A stretch of 64,000 nt of DNA from the NCBI GenBank assembly GCA_016190245.1, contig JACPQY010000011.1:35512-99511 (forward strand), in the 5' to 3' direction. The position numbers were made by a program, and so were the translations under genes. Shown here one piece after another: positions 59,369-64,000 of this stretch. The notes under the pieces are model-generated. The model saw only the letters and a list, made by a program, of their open reading frames with translations. It was not told the DNA's origin and ran no database searches. This DNA comes from Nitrospirota bacterium. Its GTDB lineage: Bacteria > JACPQY01. Within the stretch, counting starts at the first letter, position 1. Every line of letters begins with the position of its first letter.

Positions 59369-59997
59369 CCCGCGTGTTTCTGGTGGACGACCACGCCCTC
59401 GTGCGCGAGGGGATACGGAGGATCCTGTCGGATGCCGAGGACATCACGCTGGTCGGTGAAGCGGCCACGGCCACGGAGGCCCTCGAGCGGGCCGGCGGGC
59501 TCAACGTAGACGTCGTCGTGCTGGACCTTTCCCTACCCGACCGGCACGGCCTGGAGGTCCTCAAGGATCTGCGAGCGGCCGCGCGGACTCCCTCCGTCCT
59601 CGTGCTCAGCATGCACGCAGAGCACCAGTACGCCGTGCGCGCCTTCAAAGCGGGCGCCTCGGGCTATCTGACCAAGCAGGCGGCCCCCGAGGAACTGATC
59701 GACGCGATCCGCACCATCGCTTCGGGCCGAAAGTACGTCACGCAGGCGGCCGCCCAGCGCCTCGCGGCGGCCGTGGCTGGCGACCGGCACGCCCTGCCCC
59801 ATCAGGCCCTGTCGGATCGCGAGATGGAAGTGATGATGATGCTCGTGCGCGGAAATGGGATCAGCGACATCGCCGCGCAGTTGCAACTCAGCCCCAAAAC
59901 CATCACCACCCACCGGGCACGGATCCTCAGCAAGATGGGCATGAGCAACAACGCCGACCTGGTCAGGTATTCCCTGGAGCACAAACTGATGGAGTAG
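59365..59997 (+). CDS. NarL/LuxR family response regulator
   Basis: VDDH.LVREG, LSDRE.EV, LSPKT..THR; GTGA overlap with kinase. Confidence 0.93.
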   Translation: MTRVFLVDDHALVREGIRRILSDAEDITLVGEAATATEALERAGGLNVDVVVLDLSLPDRHGLEVLKDLRAAARTPSVLVLSMHAEHQYAVRAFKAGASGYLTKQAAPEELIDAIRTIASGRKYVTQAAAQRLAAAVAGDRHALPHQALSDREMEVMMMLVRGNGISDIAAQLQLSPKTITTHRARILSKMGMSNNADLVRYSLEHKLME

Positions 59998-60247
59998 CGC
60001 GGCAGCAACCGTTCAGCCGCCGGCGGTAAGCTATCTGCCTCCAGACAAGGGACCGAGTAATCCGTGATGTGCAGTGTCTCTGTATCTGGGGCTGCTTGCT
60101 GATGGCTGACAGCCGAATGCTTCCGCGCCGCGGGCGGTTTGACAGGTGTGCGGCTGACAAGTAGCGTACGGCCGTGATTGCGCAGATAGGGGCGGCACCA
60201 TCGCCGGTCGTCCACGGCCCCCTTGCGCTTGGCGGCAGGGGAGCCAG

Positions 60248-60832
60248 GTGATCTACGCCTCCATTGCCGTCCTCGCCCTCGCGGTGGGGATCGTCATCGT
60301 TCTCTTCAACCGGCTCGTCATGCTGCGCAACCGGTTCAAGAACGCCTTTTCGCAGATCGAGGTGCAACTGAAGCGGCGGCACGACCTCGTGCCCAATCTC
60401 GTGGAGGCGGCCCGCGCCTACATTTCGCACGAGCGCCAGACCCTCGAGGCGGTCATCGCCGCACGCAACCGGGCTGCCGGGGCGGCCCAGGGCGCCGCAG
60501 CGGACCCCACGAACGCCCGCGCCCTCAAGGAACTCGGGGAAGCCGAGTCGGGGTTGACCGCCGCCCTCGGCCGTCTCTTCGCCCTTCAGGAAAGCTACCC
60601 CGATCTGAAAGCGAACCAGGTCATCGCGCAGCTCGTGGAGGAGCTGACGTCCACGGAGAACCGGATCGCGTTCGCGCGGCAGGCCTTCAATGACGGCGTG
60701 ATGGGGTACAACACGGCCCGCGAGGTGTTCCCGGGCAACCTGATCGCCGCGGGGTTCGGATTCGGCCCGGCCCCCCTGTTCGAGATCGACGACCGAAAGG
60801 AGACTGAACCCGTCCGCGTCAATCTGCGGTGA
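60248..60832 (+). CDS. lemA: LemA family protein
   Basis: QI.VQLKRR.DL.PNLV, E.YPDLKAN, ENRIAFARQ..N. Confidence 0.95.
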   Translation: MIYASIAVLALAVGIVIVLFNRLVMLRNRFKNAFSQIEVQLKRRHDLVPNLVEAARAYISHERQTLEAVIAARNRAAGAAQGAAADPTNARALKELGEAESGLTAALGRLFALQESYPDLKANQVIAQLVEELTSTENRIAFARQAFNDGVMGYNTAREVFPGNLIAAGFGFGPAPLFEIDDRKETEPVRVNLR

Positions 60833-62823
60833 CGATGGACTTCTTCGCGCGCCAGGATGAAGCCCGGCGCCGGATGCGCATCCTGCTCCTGCTCTTCGGC
60901 GGGGCCGTCGTCGCAATCGCTCTGGCGGCAGGGTTTGTGTTCCTGGTTGCCGTTCACGCCTTCGAACTCCTGCACGGGATCGAGGATCCCTCTGCCGGAT
61001 ACCCCCACGGACCCGCTTTCATGCGGACCGCCCCCCTTCTTGCCGCGATCGGGTTCACCACCGGCACGATCCTGCTCGGGACCGCCGTCGGCCTCCACCG
61101 GCTACGCGCCGGGGGCCGAACGGTCGCGGCCCTCCTCGGTGGCCGCCGCATCGAGCCGGCGACGGGGAACGCCGCGGAGCGACGGTTCGTCAACATCGCC
61201 GAGGAAATGGCCCTCGCCGCGGGGGTGCCCGTCCCGGATCTCTACGTGTTGGACGGCGAGGCCGCGCTGAACGCGCTGGCGGCGGGACGCGCGCCTGACG
61301 AGGCCGTGATCGCCGTCACCGCGCCTTGCCTCACCGAACTTCCCCGCGGCGAGTTGCAGGCCCTTCTGGCCCACGAGTTCGGGCACGTTGTCGGCGGCGA
61401 CGTGAGCCTCAACCTCAAGCTCATGGGCATCCTGAACGGGCTCGTCTTTGTCGGTGTTCTGGGGAAAGGCCTTCTGCGGGCTACCCCCACGAGCCGTTCC
61501 TTCCGGGCCTGGCCTGTCCTCTTCCCCGTCGTACTCCTCGGGACGGCGCTCACCGCGATCGGGCAAGCCGGCCTGCTCGCGGCCCGCCTCATCAAGGCCG
61601 CCATTCTCAGGAACACGGAGCACCGGGCAGACGCGTTTGCGGTGCAGTTCACGCGCGAACCATCGGGACTGCGCGACGTGCTGGCGCGGATCCTCGTTCG
61701 GCCCCGGGGTTCCCTCATCGGCCATGCCGGCGCGGAGTACGCGAGCCACATGTTCTTCGCGGAGGCGGTGCGGGCGGAGGGAGGGCCGCTCACGTCAACC
61801 CACCCGCCGCTTGAAGAGCGGATCACCCGGATCGATCCGGCGTTCGACATCGCCAAGTTTCTGCGACCTCGGCAGTCCGCGTACCTCAAAGCTCTGATCC
61901 GCGGTCGAGTCCGAAAATCCCCCGGCGGCCGACCTCAGCCTTCGGCGCCGCGCTCCCCCGCCCCCCCCACCCTCGCGCAGCGAGTCGTGAGCGAGGTCGG
62001 GGAGCCGACGGCCGAACATCTCGCCTACGCCCGCCTCGCGTACGCGCGGCTGCCGGACACCGCCCGCCGATGGCTCCAGGTCCCCGGCGGTGCCAAGGCG
62101 GCCGTGTACGCCGCTCTCCTCGACCCCGAACCGGGCGTTCGCCGCGTGCAGTACCGTCTGCTCAAGGAAGCGGGCGAGGCGGACCTGCTGGCGGAGGTCT
62201 TCGAATTCGAGCGGCCGGTGTGGGATCTCCAATCGGAACTCAAGCTGCCGCTCCTGGACCTCGCCCTTCCCGCCCTGCGAGTCTTGTCGCCGAGAGAGCG
62301 CCGAGACTTCCTCGAAAACGTGCGCCGGCTCTCGCGGGCGGACGCGCGCACGACGCTGTTCGAATTCGTGCTCGATATCATCCTTCGTCACAGACTCTCG
62401 CCGACACCTCCCGTGCGGCCGCCCTACCTCAGACAAAGCCTCCACCACGTCCTTCCCGAGGCCCTCATCGTGATCGCACGGCTGGCACGCGAAGGCCACC
62501 GCGAAGAGGACAAGGCGAACTCCGCGTTCGAGGCGGCGGCCGAGGCCATGGGCGTATCGCGCCACACACCTCCACTACCCGAGGCCTGCGGAAACGAGGC
62601 GATCAGCAATGCCCTCGGGAAGCTGCGCACGCTGTCTCCCACCGGGAGGAAGGAGTTTCTGCTCGCGTGCGCGACCTGTGTCCTGCACGACCGAGTCGTT
62701 CAAGTCTCCGAGATGGAGCTGCTCAGAGCCGTCGCCGAGGCCCTAGGCTGTCCGACGCCGCCCCTGGGTGCGGGCTTGCAGCCGACTCTGCCGCGGCCGG
62801 ATGAAATCCCGCAGCATGCCTGA
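60829..62823 (+). CDS. M48 family metallopeptidase (HtpX-like, extended)
   Basis: MDFF..QD.AR, N..EEMA.A.G, AHEFGH, ADA.AVQFTR, THPPL.ERI. Confidence 0.9.
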   Translation: MTMDFFARQDEARRRMRILLLLFGGAVVAIALAAGFVFLVAVHAFELLHGIEDPSAGYPHGPAFMRTAPLLAAIGFTTGTILLGTAVGLHRLRAGGRTVAALLGGRRIEPATGNAAERRFVNIAEEMALAAGVPVPDLYVLDGEAALNALAAGRAPDEAVIAVTAPCLTELPRGELQALLAHEFGHVVGGDVSLNLKLMGILNGLVFVGVLGKGLLRATPTSRSFRAWPVLFPVVLLGTALTAIGQAGLLAARLIKAAILRNTEHRADAFAVQFTREPSGLRDVLARILVRPRGSLIGHAGAEYASHMFFAEAVRAEGGPLTSTHPPLEERITRIDPAFDIAKFLRPRQSAYLKALIRGRVRKSPGGRPQPSAPRSPAPPTLAQRVVSEVGEPTAEHLAYARLAYARLPDTARRWLQVPGGAKAAVYAALLDPEPGVRRVQYRLLKEAGEADLLAEVFEFERPVWDLQSELKLPLLDLALPALRVLSPRERRDFLENVRRLSRADARTTLFEFVLDIILRHRLSPTPPVRPPYLRQSLHHVLPEALIVIARLAREGHREEDKANSAFEAAAEAMGVSRHTPPLPEACGNEAISNALGKLRTLSPTGRKEFLLACATCVLHDRVVQVSEMELLRAVAEALGCPTPPLGAGLQPTLPRPDEIPQHA

Positions 62824-63997
62824 AGTGACCCCTCCATCAGCAGAACCGCCGGACGACGACGAAGGACTCCGCCTCTGCCTCCGCCGCGACAGGCTACACG
62901 AGGGGAACACGGTTCAGTTGCTGAGGAACGGATCCGAGGCGTTTCCGGCCATGCTCCGCGCCATCGAGGACGCCCGAAGAACGATCGCCCTCGAAGCCTA
63001 CATGTTCAGGTCCGATCGGACGGGCACGCGGTTCGCCGACGCTCTCGCCACCAAGGCCGGGCAGGGTTTGGTGGTGGTGCTGATCTACGACGCCGTGGGG
63101 TCCCGCGGGGCAGATCCAGCCCTTTTCGATCGGCTCCGCCACTCCGGCGTGCGCATTCTGGAGTATCACCCGATCGCGCCGTGGCGTAGAGGTTGGGGCT
63201 GGTGGCGGCGCGACCATCGCAAGCTCCTCGTGGTGGACGGCCGAGTGGGCTTCACGGGCGGCATCAACATCTGCGACGACCATCTGGACGCCGCGGAGGG
63301 TGGAGGCGGCTGGCGCGACACGCACCTCCGCGTGGAGGGACCCGCCGTGCACGACCTCCAGAAGCTTTTTCTCTCGACATGGCGGGATGAACGGGGTCCG
63401 CAGCTCGACGAGCGATCCTTCCTCCCCGCGCTCGACCCCTCCGCCGGCCGCGCGCGGGCCGGGGCGCTCGGCTCGCGCCGCTATCGCAGCCGCCGGGCCA
63501 TCCGCTGGGCCTACGTCCACGCGATCAAGCACGCGCGGGGCTCGATCGCCATCTCAAACGCGTACTTCGTGCCGGACCGAGGCATCCTGCGCGCGTTGAT
63601 CAATGCCGCGTGGCGCGGCGTGGCGGTCCGGATCCTGCTGACGGGAGCCTCAGACGTCCCCACCGTGCGGTACGCGGGCCGAGCCCGGTATTCCCGGCTG
63701 CTCTCCACGGGCATCCGCCTCTTCGAGTGGCAAGGGTCCATCCTCCACGCGAAAACCGCTGTCATTGACGGCATGTGGAGCTCTGTCGGCTCCTACAACA
63801 TGGATCACCGGAGCGTCTTTCACAACCTCGAGCTCAATGTGACCGTTCTGGACCGCGATTTCGGGGCGGACGTGGAACGCATGTTCGAGGCCGATCTGGA
63901 AAATAGCCGCGAGATCACTGCCAAGGAGTGGAAGAAACGGCCGCCGCACATCAAGGCCCTCGAAAGCGTCCTGTACGCGTTCCGGCATTGGTTGTAG
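62816..63997 (+). CDS. Cardiolipin synthase (PLD family, ClsB-like)
   Basis: Two HKD motifs: HRKLLVVD, HAKTAVID. Confidence 0.92.
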   Translation: MPEVTPPSAEPPDDDEGLRLCLRRDRLHEGNTVQLLRNGSEAFPAMLRAIEDARRTIALEAYMFRSDRTGTRFADALATKAGQGLVVVLIYDAVGSRGADPALFDRLRHSGVRILEYHPIAPWRRGWGWWRRDHRKLLVVDGRVGFTGGINICDDHLDAAEGGGGWRDTHLRVEGPAVHDLQKLFLSTWRDERGPQLDERSFLPALDPSAGRARAGALGSRRYRSRRAIRWAYVHAIKHARGSIAISNAYFVPDRGILRALINAAWRGVAVRILLTGASDVPTVRYAGRARYSRLLSTGIRLFEWQGSILHAKTAVIDGMWSSVGSYNMDHRSVFHNLELNVTVLDRDFGADVERMFEADLENSREITAKEWKKRPPHIKALESVLYAFRHWL

Positions 63998-64000
63998 AAA

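Noticed and set aside
1-64000. CRISPR array, prophage, integron, rRNA
   Set aside because: No regularly spaced repeat-spacer series, no cas, integrase or phage structural genes, and no rRNA-like sequence seen

Overview
High-GC bacterial chromosomal window with a gene content typical of delta-proteobacteria/Myxococcota (inference from recA-pilT-alaS synteny and many lipoproteins). The housekeeping backbone comprises nuoL(partial)-nuoM-nuoN, a GH31 glycosidase, a formate dehydrogenase alpha subunit, tRNA-Lys(CTT), a TetR/acyl-CoA dehydrogenase/thiolase/SCP2 lipid-catabolism operon, esterase, YjbQ, DAG kinase, RluA-family synthase, patatin, HNH, FadL, a molybdopterin oxidoreductase, ygfZ-alaS-pilT-recA, tRNA(CAT), a PAS-GGDEF-EAL protein, two-component genes, an RCC1-repeat surface protein and lemA-M48-cls. 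Two accessory regions stand out. (1) About 3.7-9.6 kb is littered with REP-like repeats and gene debris. It contains a ~3.8 kb cassette bracketed by inverted GGGGTCAGGC-type repeats, carrying an intact IS1595-transposase-derived fusion protein with a degenerate catalytic motif and a tightly coupled five-gene operon that includes an Arg-rich HNH nuclease. (2) About 44.3-52 kb is a Type I R-M locus (hsdR-hsdS...truncated hsdM) with a PD-(D/E)xK-like nuclease, a TIGR04255-like / unknown / HEPN triad and a YgiT-type Zn finger inserted between hsdS and hsdM. No CRISPR array, rRNA or integrase was seen. All family assignments come from motif recognition by eye, not from database searches.
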